DNA from: Nitrospiraceae bacterium | GTDB lineage: Bacteria > Nitrospirota > Nitrospiria > Nitrospirales > Nitrospiraceae | Length of the DNA stretch: 51,798 bases | NCBI GenBank assembly: GCA_037442105.1 | Contig: JBBIQV010000019.1 | Coordinates: 1 to 51,798, forward strand | Direction: 5' to 3' | Shown here: piece by piece, positions 20,009 through 29,116 of the stretch | Position numbering within the stretch: the stretch's first letter is position 1 | Layout: each line of letters opens with the position of its first letter | Notes under the pieces: generated by a model | Told to the model about the DNA's origin: nothing | Database searches by the model: none | What the model saw: only the letters and a program-made list of their open reading frames with translations | Translations under genes and position numbers: made by a program

Positions 20009-20827
20009 TCAGTGCGTCGGCGAACTTGCTTCGCCAAGCACGATCTCAGGGAGTTCTCGCAGAGAGGCGGAAGGAGCATAGCGTCCCTGTGCGTTATTCT
20101 GCCGGACGGTCAACAACTCATGAAGCATCCGGATTCCATCGCGAAACACTTGCACTTTGGATCCTGGTTGGTCCATCCAGTTGATCGGCACTTCCGCAAT
20201 GCAATAATCCCGTTGCCGGGCGATATAGAGGAGCTCGAGATCGAACCCGTAGCCGTCGACACAGGCAACCGCAAACAGGTCCCGGGCGACAGCCCTGCGA
20301 AACAATTTGAATCCGCACTGGGTGTCTGCGATGCCGCTGAGCCCGAGCTGCTGGACCAGTCCGTTAAAGGCGTTGCCTAGCACGCTTCGATGCCATCGTG
20401 CCTGCACGGTGTAGCGCGCATCACGTGAGGCAAGCGCGCGCGAACCGATTGCAAGGTCGGCACCCCCTGCGATCGCTGCTTCCAGCCGTTCGACTTCCTG
20501 GATCGGCGTGGCGCCGTCGGCATCGGCGAACAGGTGAAGAGCGCCTTGCGCATGTCTCATCCCTGTCCGCACCGCCGCGCCCTTCCCCTGATTTCGGTTG
20601 AGCCTAATCAGGCGGACGGCAGGTGTGCCTCCTCGGCAGAACTTTTCGACGACCGCGGCAGTGTTATCGCTGCTGCCGTCGTCCACGACCAGGATTTCAA
20701 TAGGCGTCCGGCGCGCAACGAAGTAGCGATGGATTTCAGCCAAATAGCGGAGAATGCGACTCTGTTCATTATATGCGGGCAGAATGACCGAGAGGGCGAT
20801 GGAAGATGAGGTATCTGGGGTCGGCAT
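20009..20827 (-). CDS. GT2 polyprenyl/dolichyl-phosphate hexose synthase (Alg5-like)
   Basis: VILPAYNE, VDDGSSD, NQGKGAAVRTG, DADGAT, DTQCGFKLF, FDLELL. Confidence 0.87.
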   Translation of the reverse strand: MPTPDTSSSIALSVILPAYNEQSRILRYLAEIHRYFVARRTPIEILVVDDGSSDNTAAVVEKFCRGGTPAVRLIRLNRNQGKGAAVRTGMRHAQGALHLFADADGATPIQEVERLEAAIAGGADLAIGSRALASRDARYTVQARWHRSVLGNAFNGLVQQLGLSGIADTQCGFKLFRRAVARDLFAVACVDGYGFDLELLYIARQRDYCIAEVPINWMDQPGSKVQVFRDGIRMLHELLTVRQNNAQGRYAPSASLRELPEIVLGEASSPTH

Positions 20828-20998
20828 GTCGTCCCTTCCGTGGGCTGACAGGTATCGAGATGATGGGACCGTCTGGCCGAAGTGAAAGACACCCTAGCTG
20901 ACCTGGCGCGAGATTTCAAGGGCCGGGCTTGACAGAGCATCATTGTTGGAGCGAACGTGTTACCAAGAGACACTCAGACCCACGATAGGGAGGTGGGG

Positions 20999-21748
20999 AT
21001 GCGGCGGTTTATGAAAAGCACCTGTCTCTTGCTGGTCTTGTCGGTTCTGTCGGCTTGCGCCTCTTCGGTTCCGCCTAACCGACTTGGCGATTACGTTGCG
21101 CTACAAAGTCCTTCCTCCAATACAGTGCTGACTTTCCCGGACCAGCGACCCATCAAGGCTGGGCTCGTCGTCATCCCCGATACCGCCGATCCTCAAGCTG
21201 CGCCGAGCCTTCCCGATGAAGCCCTCCGTCGCCTGGCGGACACTCTGCAACAGGAGATCGAGCGTGTTCTGCCGGTCAAAATCCAGCAGGCGCTGCCGGC
21301 TGAAGGTATCAGGCCGGTTCATCCTGGAGGTGATATGGGGCAATTTGCCGAGCTGGGCCGTAAGCATGGGTTGGATTATCTGGCGGTCGTGATAGTATCG
21401 AGTACCGAACAGGAATATCCCATCTACCTGTTTCTTGGCTGGACTACGCACATGCAACCGGGATTTCGGCGGGATAACTGGTCTCTGTTGGAATTTGCCT
21501 TGCTGGACGTGAAAAATGGCAAGATCGTTGCGCAGGCCGAGGCGAGAGGTTGGGCGACGCTCGATAGTCCTTCAGCCCCCGGCATCGACCAGTGGTATCC
21601 CGTCATATATCTTCGTCCACAGGATCCGGAGCGACGGTTCTGGCCTCCGACCTACGAAGGCGCCCCGAATACCCTGCGCGTTGTGTCGGCCAACGATGCG
21701 GCGAAACGCCTGACCTCCAAGCTGCAAAGTACCTGGAGTGAGCAGTGA
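20999..21748 (+). CDS. Uncharacterised lipoprotein
   Basis: SD GGAGG, lipobox LSAC. Confidence 0.7.
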   Translation: MRRFMKSTCLLLVLSVLSACASSVPPNRLGDYVALQSPSSNTVLTFPDQRPIKAGLVVIPDTADPQAAPSLPDEALRRLADTLQQEIERVLPVKIQQALPAEGIRPVHPGGDMGQFAELGRKHGLDYLAVVIVSSTEQEYPIYLFLGWTTHMQPGFRRDNWSLLEFALLDVKNGKIVAQAEARGWATLDSPSAPGIDQWYPVIYLRPQDPERRFWPPTYEGAPNTLRVVSANDAAKRLTSKLQSTWSEQ

Positions 21749-21930
21749 GAAGCTATTGAGCAGTGAGAAGCTGAGGTGCTTACAAGGCCAAGTTAGCCCG
21801 ATCAACCTGTCTGATTGAGGCACACGGCACCGCATTGGTAAGCGTGGGCAAGTCCCTTCCAGATTCTCGAACGAAAACCGAGTCCTTCTGCAGTCTCTGC
21901 CAGCCCCGATCCGGAAGGGACTTTTAGTCT

Positions 21931-21960
21931 TTGAAGGCTATTTATGGATTAGTGTAGAAT
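21931..21960 (+). promoter_or_regulatory. Candidate sigma70 promoter for degP
   Basis: TTGAAG, 18-nt spacer, TAGAAT in an AT-rich patch. Confidence 0.45.
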
Positions 21961-22068
21961 GCAGCGTTCGGCGGCTCATGATCACAGGGGAGGTGTCGTT
22001 TTACAACCTGTCCCGCGGTATGGGCTACATGAGGGTCGTTGTCTCTAACTGCTCGGAGGAATTCAGTC

Positions 22069-23583
22069 ATGGTGAAGAGGGGGAAGAAAAGCGTTGCCCT
22101 ATTCGTAGCGACGGGGATCGGAATCGGGGTGATGGCAATGGGGGCGATCGAGTTCGGGGCTGTTGCGTCGGCTGCCGGTATTCCGCCCGCATTCGCACAG
22201 GGGTTCGGAGACATTGTGAAGAAGGCTTCGCCGGCAGTGGTCAATATTGCCGTCACGGGTGGCGGGGAAGGTCGCAGGGAAGGACGAAGACCGATGCCGC
22301 CCGGGCCTTTCGGTGGACCTCCTGGAGAAGAGCCGCCCGGAGGCGAACCGCCTGCCCCTCCGCCATTTCCCCCCGGACCTCCCGGATCACCGCATGGCCG
22401 GCCCGATCAAAGTGCCGGGTCCGGCGTGATCCTTGACCCGAACGGGTACATCGTGACGAACAACCACGTCGTCGAAGGGGCTACACAAATCACTGTGACG
22501 CTCAGTGATCGCCGGGAGTTCCCCGCAAAGGTGGTCGGAACGGATCCGAAGACCGATTTGGCGGTGGTCAAGATCGAGGCGAAGGATTTGCCGTCGTTGA
22601 AATGGGCGGACTACGACAAGCTTCAGGTAGGAGACCTGGTGCTGGCCATTGGGAGCCCCTTCGGTCTGAGCTCGACCGTCACGCTCGGCATTATCAGCGC
22701 GCTCGGGCGCGGTAACGTGGGTATTGCGGATTACGAAGATTTCATCCAGACCGACGCGGCCATCAATCCCGGTAATTCGGGGGGGGCGTTGGTCAACATG
22801 AACGGCGAGTTGATCGGGATCAATACGGCGATTTTCTCCAGGACCGGCGGTTCGGAAGGGATCGGGTTCGCCATTCCCAGCAGCATTGCGTTGGATATTG
22901 TGGACGGCCTGACCAAGACGGGCAGGGTCGTCCGGGGCTGGATGGGGGTGGCAATTCAGGACATCACCCCGGCTCTCGCCAAGTCGTTCAAATTACCGGA
23001 GCAACGGAAAGGTGTCTTGATCAGCGATGTGAATGAAAACGGCCCATCCTATGCCGCCGGCGTCAAGCGGGGCGACGTGGTGGTGGCCTTTAACGGCAAG
23101 GAAGTCCAGAGCGTCAGCCAGCTTCGCAATTTGGTCGCGCGGACGGGCGTGGGGAAGGATGCCGAGATCAAGGTCTTACGCGACGGGAAAGAACAGACGA
23201 TCAAGGTCAAAGTCGCTGAACGGCCGTCGGACGAGGTGCTTGCGCGGAAGGAGCCGGCTCCATCGGCGCCGGCCGAAACGATCAAGCCGCCGGACAACGT
23301 CCTTGCGGCGTTGAAGGTACAGGCGCTGGATGCCGCGATCATGAGCCAGCTCAACATCCCTGCGAAGACCACCGGCGTGGTTATCAGTGCGGTGGCGGCA
23401 GGTACATCGGCGGAGGAAGCGGGGCTGCAAAGGGGCGATGTCATCCAGGAGATCAACCACGAGGTGGTCAAAAATCTTGATGAATACCAGAAGGCGGCGG
23501 CCAAAGTGAAGAAGGATGAAATGGCGGTGCTCCTGCTCAGCCGGCAGGGAAACAACCTGTTTGTCGCGGTGAACCCGAAATAA
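22069..23583 (+). CDS. degP: Do/DegQ family serine endoprotease with two PDZ domains
   Basis: GSGVI, TNNHVV, DLAVVKI, IQTDAAINPGNSGGAL. Confidence 0.92.
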   Translation: MVKRGKKSVALFVATGIGIGVMAMGAIEFGAVASAAGIPPAFAQGFGDIVKKASPAVVNIAVTGGGEGRREGRRPMPPGPFGGPPGEEPPGGEPPAPPPFPPGPPGSPHGRPDQSAGSGVILDPNGYIVTNNHVVEGATQITVTLSDRREFPAKVVGTDPKTDLAVVKIEAKDLPSLKWADYDKLQVGDLVLAIGSPFGLSSTVTLGIISALGRGNVGIADYEDFIQTDAAINPGNSGGALVNMNGELIGINTAIFSRTGGSEGIGFAIPSSIALDIVDGLTKTGRVVRGWMGVAIQDITPALAKSFKLPEQRKGVLISDVNENGPSYAAGVKRGDVVVAFNGKEVQSVSQLRNLVARTGVGKDAEIKVLRDGKEQTIKVKVAERPSDEVLARKEPAPSAPAETIKPPDNVLAALKVQALDAAIMSQLNIPAKTTGVVISAVAAGTSAEEAGLQRGDVIQEINHEVVKNLDEYQKAAAKVKKDEMAVLLLSRQGNNLFVAVNPK

Positions 23584-23591
23584 AGCAGCGA

Positions 23592-23654
23592 ACAGCTCTC
23601 AGCCGTCAGTAGTCAGCAAGATTTCTGAGCTGATAGCTGATAGCTGATAGCTGG
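23592..23654. repeat. Heptamer-repeat hairpin (TCAGCnn versus GCTGATA x3)
   Basis: cagctctcagccgtcagtagtcagc is complementary to gctgatagctgatagctgatagctg. Confidence 0.75.
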
Positions 23655-23663
23655 GGGCTTTTC

Positions 23664-24617
23664 ATGGCTGACGGCGTGAATAAGTTTAACCAGTGGCTTC
23701 AAGACTCGGTTTTTAAGCCGCTGGAAGACAAGAAAATGCCGGTCATGGAGCATCTTGTCGAGCTCCAGGTCCGGTTGACCAGAGCCGTCATCGTTACGGC
23801 GGTGGTTTTCGTCGGCACGTTTTTCTATGCCGACACGCTCGTCAAGTGGTTGCGCATCCCGCTCCAGAACATGTTCGTACCCGGCTCGTTATCATGGGTG
23901 CCGACCGATCTGCCCTCCGTGCCCTTTGTGTTTCTCGCGCCGGCTGAAGCGCTTTGGCAGAACGTGAAGGTGGCCGGGCTCTTTGCGCTGGTGGCGGCCA
24001 CCCCCTATATCCTATGGGAGACCTGGCAGTTCGTCGTGCCGGGTCTTCATGCCCAGGAGCGGCGCTTTGTGGGGCCGTTCGTGCTATTGAGCGCGCTGGC
24101 TTTTTATGCGGGCGTCCTGTTCTCGTTCTTCTTCGTGTTGCCGTTCGCGCTGAACTTCCTGATTTCCTACGGCGTCAGTGCCGGCTTCATTCCGCAACTC
24201 TCGATCGCCCAGTACGTCGGCTTTGCTCTCTGGTTCCTGATGGTGTTCGGGTTGATCTTCGAAGTGCCTCTGGCGATTACCCTGATGGCCAAACTGGGAT
24301 GGGTGGATGCGCCGTTTTTGAAGAAGTACCGGAAGTGGGCCTTGCTCGGCGCCTTCATCGTCGCCGCCATTCTGACGCCGACTCCCGACCCCTTTAACCA
24401 GTGTCTCATGGCGCTCCCGATGTATGTCTTCTACGAAGTCGGGATCGTGAGTGCAGGATTCTTTAACAAGAAGAAGGCTGTGCCGTCGGATTCAGAAGCG
24501 GCTCCGACCACAGCCGTGACAACTCCGGGGCCAGTCGCTTCGATGGCGTCGAAGTCCGCCGTTGCCGCTGAAGGTGAGTACGTCGGCGTGCCGACTTCGT
24601 CAGGCCGGCGGCGCTGA
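23664..24617 (+). CDS. tatC: Twin-arginine translocase subunit TatC
   Basis: MPVMEHLVEL, FVVPGL, FGLIFEVP, AAILTPTPDP. Confidence 0.92.
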   Translation: MADGVNKFNQWLQDSVFKPLEDKKMPVMEHLVELQVRLTRAVIVTAVVFVGTFFYADTLVKWLRIPLQNMFVPGSLSWVPTDLPSVPFVFLAPAEALWQNVKVAGLFALVAATPYILWETWQFVVPGLHAQERRFVGPFVLLSALAFYAGVLFSFFFVLPFALNFLISYGVSAGFIPQLSIAQYVGFALWFLMVFGLIFEVPLAITLMAKLGWVDAPFLKKYRKWALLGAFIVAAILTPTPDPFNQCLMALPMYVFYEVGIVSAGFFNKKKAVPSDSEAAPTTAVTTPGPVASMASKSAVAAEGEYVGVPTSSGRRR

Positions 24618-24680
24618 CGGACCCAAGCCATGTTGAAGGTGGCACGTTGAGCGTGAGGGGTAAGGGGTAAGGAGAAAGAG

Positions 24681-25631
24681 ATGCCACGCGAGCTGAACAT
24701 GTTCCAGCCAAGCAGTTCCGGGAATGGCGATGCCTGTACCTACATGTGGGCCTGCGCCATCTGTGATGAAAACGAAACCTGTCAGAAGGATAAAGAAGGC
24801 CACAGCCGCTGGCTCGTCGCCAAGCGGATGGAGCGCATCGAGTACAAAGTGCTCGTGATGAGCAACAAGGGCGGGGTGGGCAAGAGCACGGTCACCACCA
24901 ACCTCGCGGTGAGCCTGGCGCTGAAAGGCTGGCATGTCGGCATCTGCGACATCGACATTCACGGGCCGAACATTCCCAAGATGGTCGGGGCCGAGGGCCA
25001 GAAGCTCAAGATCAGCACGTCCGGCGGCATCATCCCTTTCCAGGCCTATAACCTGAAAATCGCCTCGATGTCGTTCCTGCTCCAAAATTCTGATGATCCC
25101 ATCATCTGGCGCGACGCGTACAAATATGAATTCATCAATCAGTTGCTCGGCGGAGTGGAGTGGCAGGATTTGAATTTCTTGCTTATTGATCTTCCGCCTG
25201 GGACGGGAAACGAATCGGTCACGACGATCGATCTGATCGGCAATGTGAGTGGCGCGGTGATCGTGACGACGCCTCAGGAAGTTGCCTTGCTCGACTCGCG
25301 CAAGTCGGTTACCTTCTGCAAGGACAGTGAGGTGCCGATTATCGGTATCGTCGAAAACATGAGCGGGCTTGATTGCCCCCATTGTCACAAACACATCGAA
25401 GTGTTCAGGAAAGGCGGCGGCGAGACGTCGGCCCACGACATGGGTGTGCCGTTTCTCGGCCGCATTCCGCTCGATCCGGACGTGGTCACGCAGTGCGACG
25501 CCGGCGAACCCTTTGCCATGTTTTACTCCGACACGCAGACGGCCGAAGCCTATCACCAGATTGCGAATCAGGTCGAAACCTTCTGCAAGAAGAGCGGCTC
25601 GCTCTTGAAAGTCAGCCCGCGGAGAAGCTAA
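24681..25631 (+). CDS. apbC: Mrp/ApbC/Nbp35 Fe-S cluster carrier ATPase
   Basis: SNKGGVGKST, DIHGPNIP, DLPPGTG, VTTPQ, ENMS, CPHC; extra N-terminal four-Cys motif. Confidence 0.88.
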   Translation: MPRELNMFQPSSSGNGDACTYMWACAICDENETCQKDKEGHSRWLVAKRMERIEYKVLVMSNKGGVGKSTVTTNLAVSLALKGWHVGICDIDIHGPNIPKMVGAEGQKLKISTSGGIIPFQAYNLKIASMSFLLQNSDDPIIWRDAYKYEFINQLLGGVEWQDLNFLLIDLPPGTGNESVTTIDLIGNVSGAVIVTTPQEVALLDSRKSVTFCKDSEVPIIGIVENMSGLDCPHCHKHIEVFRKGGGETSAHDMGVPFLGRIPLDPDVVTQCDAGEPFAMFYSDTQTAEAYHQIANQVETFCKKSGSLLKVSPRRS

Positions 25632-25726
25632 CAGCGAACAGCCAATAGCCACGAGCATGATGACGACGGAGCGAAACTTCTTGCTGCCGGCTCTTTGCTA
25701 GTCGCTACTTGCTGGATGGAATCAAG

Positions 25727-26962
25727 ATGCAAGGCCTGACGCCCCTTCACGAAGCCCAAAAGATCGTGCTCGATGCCACTACGCCGCTGGGATTAGAGAA
25801 AATTTCCATTCTAGAAGCGCTCAATCGTGTGTTGGGTGAAGACATTGTCGCGCAGCGGGACAATCCTCCCTGGGACAACTCTGCGATGGATGGTTTCGCG
25901 GTGCGCTGGGAAGACATCAAGCAGGAGCACGCGATTCAGAAACCGGTCACGCTTACAGTGATCGAAGATGTGCCGGCGGGAAAGATGTCCAACCAAACCG
26001 TCGGCCCAGGCCAGGCCATCCGGATCATGACGGGTGCGCCGGTGCCGCGAGGCGCAGACACGGTCATCAAGGTCGAGGATACCGAACATACCCCGGACTC
26101 GGTACGCATTTTCAAACCGGAACCGCGCGGGGCCAACATCCGTCCTCAAGGCGAGGATGTGAAAAAGGGCGACTGCATCATCGCCAAGGGTACCCCGATC
26201 AGACCTGGCGAGGCAGGGATGCTGGCCATTCTGGCGAAGTCGTTCGTGCTGGTCTATCAACGACCGCGTGTGGCCATTCTTTCGACCGGCGATGAACTGG
26301 CCGATCTGGATGAGCGGTTCAGCGAGGAAAAAATCATCAACTCGAACAGCTACGGTCTTGCGGCGGCGGTGCAGGAGGCGGGAGGGGTCCCGATTCTCCT
26401 CGGCATCGCGAAAGATAATCCGGCGGCGCTGAAGGAAAAAATTTCGCACGGGCTCAACGCCGACATTCTGGTGCTGTCGGGTGGTGTCTCGATGGGCGAC
26501 TATGACTTCACGAAAGCTGTCTTCAAGGACCTGGGCGCGGAGATGAATTTCTGGAAGCTTGCCATCCGGCCCGGCCAACCGCTTGCCTTCGGGAAGATTC
26601 AGGGTAAGCTTGCGTTCGGGTTGCCGGGAAATCCGGTGTCGTCGATGGTGACCTTCGAGCAACTCGTCCGTCCGGCCATGCTGAGGATGGTCGGCTATCG
26701 GAGTTACGGCCGTCCCGTGGTCCAGGCGGTCTTCCAGGAGAAATTCACGAAGCGAAATGACCGGCGGCATTTCCTGCGCGGCGTGTTGATGCGCGAGGAG
26801 GGCGTCTTCAAAGTGCGAACAACCGGCGACCAGGGGTCCGGCATCCTGACGTCGATGGTCAAGGCCAATTGCTTGATCGATGTGCCGGAAGAAGTCGAAC
26901 GGCTGAATCCGGGCGACATGGTCACGGTGCAGTTGCTGAACGACCAGGTATGGGCCCGTTAA
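25727..26962 (+). CDS. moeA: Molybdopterin molybdenumtransferase
   Basis: SAMDGFAV, IMTGAPVP, STGDEL, SGGVSMGDYD, GLPGNPVS. Confidence 0.95.
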   Translation: MQGLTPLHEAQKIVLDATTPLGLEKISILEALNRVLGEDIVAQRDNPPWDNSAMDGFAVRWEDIKQEHAIQKPVTLTVIEDVPAGKMSNQTVGPGQAIRIMTGAPVPRGADTVIKVEDTEHTPDSVRIFKPEPRGANIRPQGEDVKKGDCIIAKGTPIRPGEAGMLAILAKSFVLVYQRPRVAILSTGDELADLDERFSEEKIINSNSYGLAAAVQEAGGVPILLGIAKDNPAALKEKISHGLNADILVLSGGVSMGDYDFTKAVFKDLGAEMNFWKLAIRPGQPLAFGKIQGKLAFGLPGNPVSSMVTFEQLVRPAMLRMVGYRSYGRPVVQAVFQEKFTKRNDRRHFLRGVLMREEGVFKVRTTGDQGSGILTSMVKANCLIDVPEEVERLNPGDMVTVQLLNDQVWAR

Positions 26963-27016
26963 CGTGAGGCGTGACACGCGAAGCCAGGATCATCACTCAT
27001 AACGGATTTACGTCCT

Positions 27017-27526
27017 ATGGTAATTCCTATTCTCTGTTTCGTGGGCAGGTCTAACAGCGGGAAGACCACGCTGATCGAACGGCTCATTCCCGAACTGGTG
27101 CGCGCGGGCTACAAAGTGGCCACTATAAAACACGCGGGACACGGGTTCGATCTCGACACCGAAGGGAAAGACAGTTGGCGGCATAAGCGGGCGGGGGCGA
27201 GCAGCGTCATCGTGATGTCCAGGGGCAGCCTGGCCATGTTTTCCGACGTCTCTGAATCGATCAAGGTCGAAGAAGTACGCGACCAATTCCTCGACCATTC
27301 TTACGATTTGATTATTGCCGAAGGCTGGAAAAGCGAGGGGTATCCGAAGATCGTTATCGTGCGGGATCAGGTTGGAGAAGTCGCCGTTTCGTCCGAAGGA
27401 CTACTCGCCGTCGTGTCCAACAAGCCGGTCGATATGCCGGTGCCGGTACTGGATCCGGACGATATCCCGGCGGTCGCATCGCTCATCATGCGCCATTTTC
27501 CCAAACACACTCGGGACGATGCGTAA
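27017..27526 (+). CDS. mobB: Molybdopterin-guanine dinucleotide biosynthesis protein B
   Basis: GRSNSGKTTL, IKHAGH, GKDSWRH, IAEGWK. Confidence 0.92.
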   Translation: MVIPILCFVGRSNSGKTTLIERLIPELVRAGYKVATIKHAGHGFDLDTEGKDSWRHKRAGASSVIVMSRGSLAMFSDVSESIKVEEVRDQFLDHSYDLIIAEGWKSEGYPKIVIVRDQVGEVAVSSEGLLAVVSNKPVDMPVPVLDPDDIPAVASLIMRHFPKHTRDDA

Positions 27527-28226
27527 GTCTCCGGCCCTTGCGATTGGGGCGGTGATGGTCGGCGCGGTCGCCTTCGGTGGAGTCGCCATCCCGCTGACTA
27601 ACCATCCGAAATTCTGTGCCAGTTGTCACAATATCGCCCCATCCTACGAGAGCTGGGTCCAGTCATCCCATAAGGAAGTCACCTGCGTGGCCTGCCACGT
27701 CCGGCCCGGGATTGAAGGTTGGCTCCGCGATAAGGCCTGGGCCGGCACCAAGGATGTTGCGATTTATCTGTTCGGTACCCCGACTGATCCGCACAATCTC
27801 CAAGCGAAGGTGGATTCCAACGTCTGCCTGAGCTGCCACCGGAATATCCTCCGTGTCTCCGAGGTGGCGCCGCGCGACCTGCCGTCTCCGGTGAAAGACG
27901 TCGGGCTGGTTATGAGCCATCGCAAACATATGGAGGCCTTCGACAAGCGTGGACGGGGAGAAGGCTGTACGACCTGCCATTCCAGCATCGTCCATGAGAA
28001 ACCGATCAAGGGTTATCCGATTGTCGTTCCGCGCGGGCATGTCTCCGCCGACAGCAAGCCGTGGAATCCCGATCACCCGGAAGGGTCCCATTTGCGCACG
28101 AGGGCGCTGAATGACTGTTTCCGCTGCCACGACGGCAAGACCGAGCATGAAGGAAAAGTGGTGAGTCGCAAGTGCGAGCTGTGCCATATCCCTGAGAAAA
28201 TTTCGCAGGATTTCCTGTTCAACTAG
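27519..28226 (+). CDS. Membrane-anchored hexaheme cytochrome c (NapC/NirT-like N-terminus)
   Basis: N-terminal hydrophobic anchor; six CxxCH motifs (CASCH, CVACH, CLSCH, CTTCH, CFRCH, CELCH). Confidence 0.85.
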   Translation: MRKSPALAIGAVMVGAVAFGGVAIPLTNHPKFCASCHNIAPSYESWVQSSHKEVTCVACHVRPGIEGWLRDKAWAGTKDVAIYLFGTPTDPHNLQAKVDSNVCLSCHRNILRVSEVAPRDLPSPVKDVGLVMSHRKHMEAFDKRGRGEGCTTCHSSIVHEKPIKGYPIVVPRGHVSADSKPWNPDHPEGSHLRTRALNDCFRCHDGKTEHEGKVVSRKCELCHIPEKISQDFLFN

Positions 28227-28243
28227 TTACCACCGTTAATGTT

Positions 28244-28972
28244 ATGCCATCCTCCGTCGTTGAAGTGCGCAGTCTTACCAAGCGATTCGGCGATTTCACA
28301 GCGGTGGACAGTATCTCGTTCGACATCCGCCCGGGCGAAATCCTCGGACTTCTCGGGCCGAACGGCGCCGGCAAGACGACAACGATCCAGATGTTGCTGG
28401 GGCTCATCACGCCGACTTCCGGCTCGATCTCCATGTTCGGCCTGGACTTGTCGACGAACCGGGAAGCCATCCTCCAGCAAGTGAACTTTTCCTCCACCTA
28501 CATCTCCATGCCCTTCTCGCTCACCGTCGAAGAAAACCTCTGGGTCGTCGCGCGGTTGTACGGATTGGCCGAGGTGCAGCGGCGCATCGACGATGTGGTG
28601 AAAAAGCTGGAGATGGAGGAATGCCGTCACAAGCTCACGCGCAAGCTGTCGTCCGGGCAAATGACGAGGTTGACTCTGGCGAAGGCGTTTCTTACTGAAC
28701 CCAAGATTCTCTTTCTCGATGAGCCCACTGCCAGCCTGGATCCCGATATTGCGCACAAGATTCGCCATCTATTGAAAGAGGAACGGAAATCGAACGGGGT
28801 GAGCATGCTCTATACCTCGCACAATATGCGGGAAATGGAAGAGATGTCCGACCGGATCATCTTCTTGCAGCGGGGGAAGATCGTGGCGGAAGGGACAGCG
28901 AATGAAATCGTGAAGCGGTTTGGGCAAGCGGATCTCGAAGAAGTGTTTTTGAAGTTGGCGCGGGAGCGATAG
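28244..28972 (+). CDS. ABC-2 type transporter ATP-binding protein
   Basis: GPNGAGKTT, LSSGQ, FLDEPTASLD. Confidence 0.9.
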   Translation: MPSSVVEVRSLTKRFGDFTAVDSISFDIRPGEILGLLGPNGAGKTTTIQMLLGLITPTSGSISMFGLDLSTNREAILQQVNFSSTYISMPFSLTVEENLWVVARLYGLAEVQRRIDDVVKKLEMEECRHKLTRKLSSGQMTRLTLAKAFLTEPKILFLDEPTASLDPDIAHKIRHLLKEERKSNGVSMLYTSHNMREMEEMSDRIIFLQRGKIVAEGTANEIVKRFGQADLEEVFLKLARER

Positions 28973-28977
28973 TGAGA

Positions 28978-29069
28978 GGGACAGCGGGGATGTTCCCCTT
29001 GCTCGCAGAGCGCGCACGATGAAGCTGTGCTCGCTCGATGCGCGCAGTCGGGAACATCCCCGCTGTCCC
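28978..29069. repeat. 92-bp element with perfect 20-bp terminal inverted repeats
   Basis: GGGACAGCGGGGATGTTCCC (28978-28997) and GGGAACATCCCCGCTGTCCC (29050-29069). Confidence 0.9.
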
Positions 29070-29116
29070 AGGTTTATTTTACGCATCCTTAGATTGGGGA
29101 CGGGGAAGAAAGAGGA

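Noticed and set aside
21746..21766. In-frame TGA codons as selenocysteine
   Set aside because: No redox motif context or evident SECIS; a local duplication explains them
25811..26977. Long antisense or alternate-frame ORFs (also 24600-25658, 42599-43651, 14892-15866)
   Set aside because: They shadow well-supported genes, as expected at high GC, and carry no motifs
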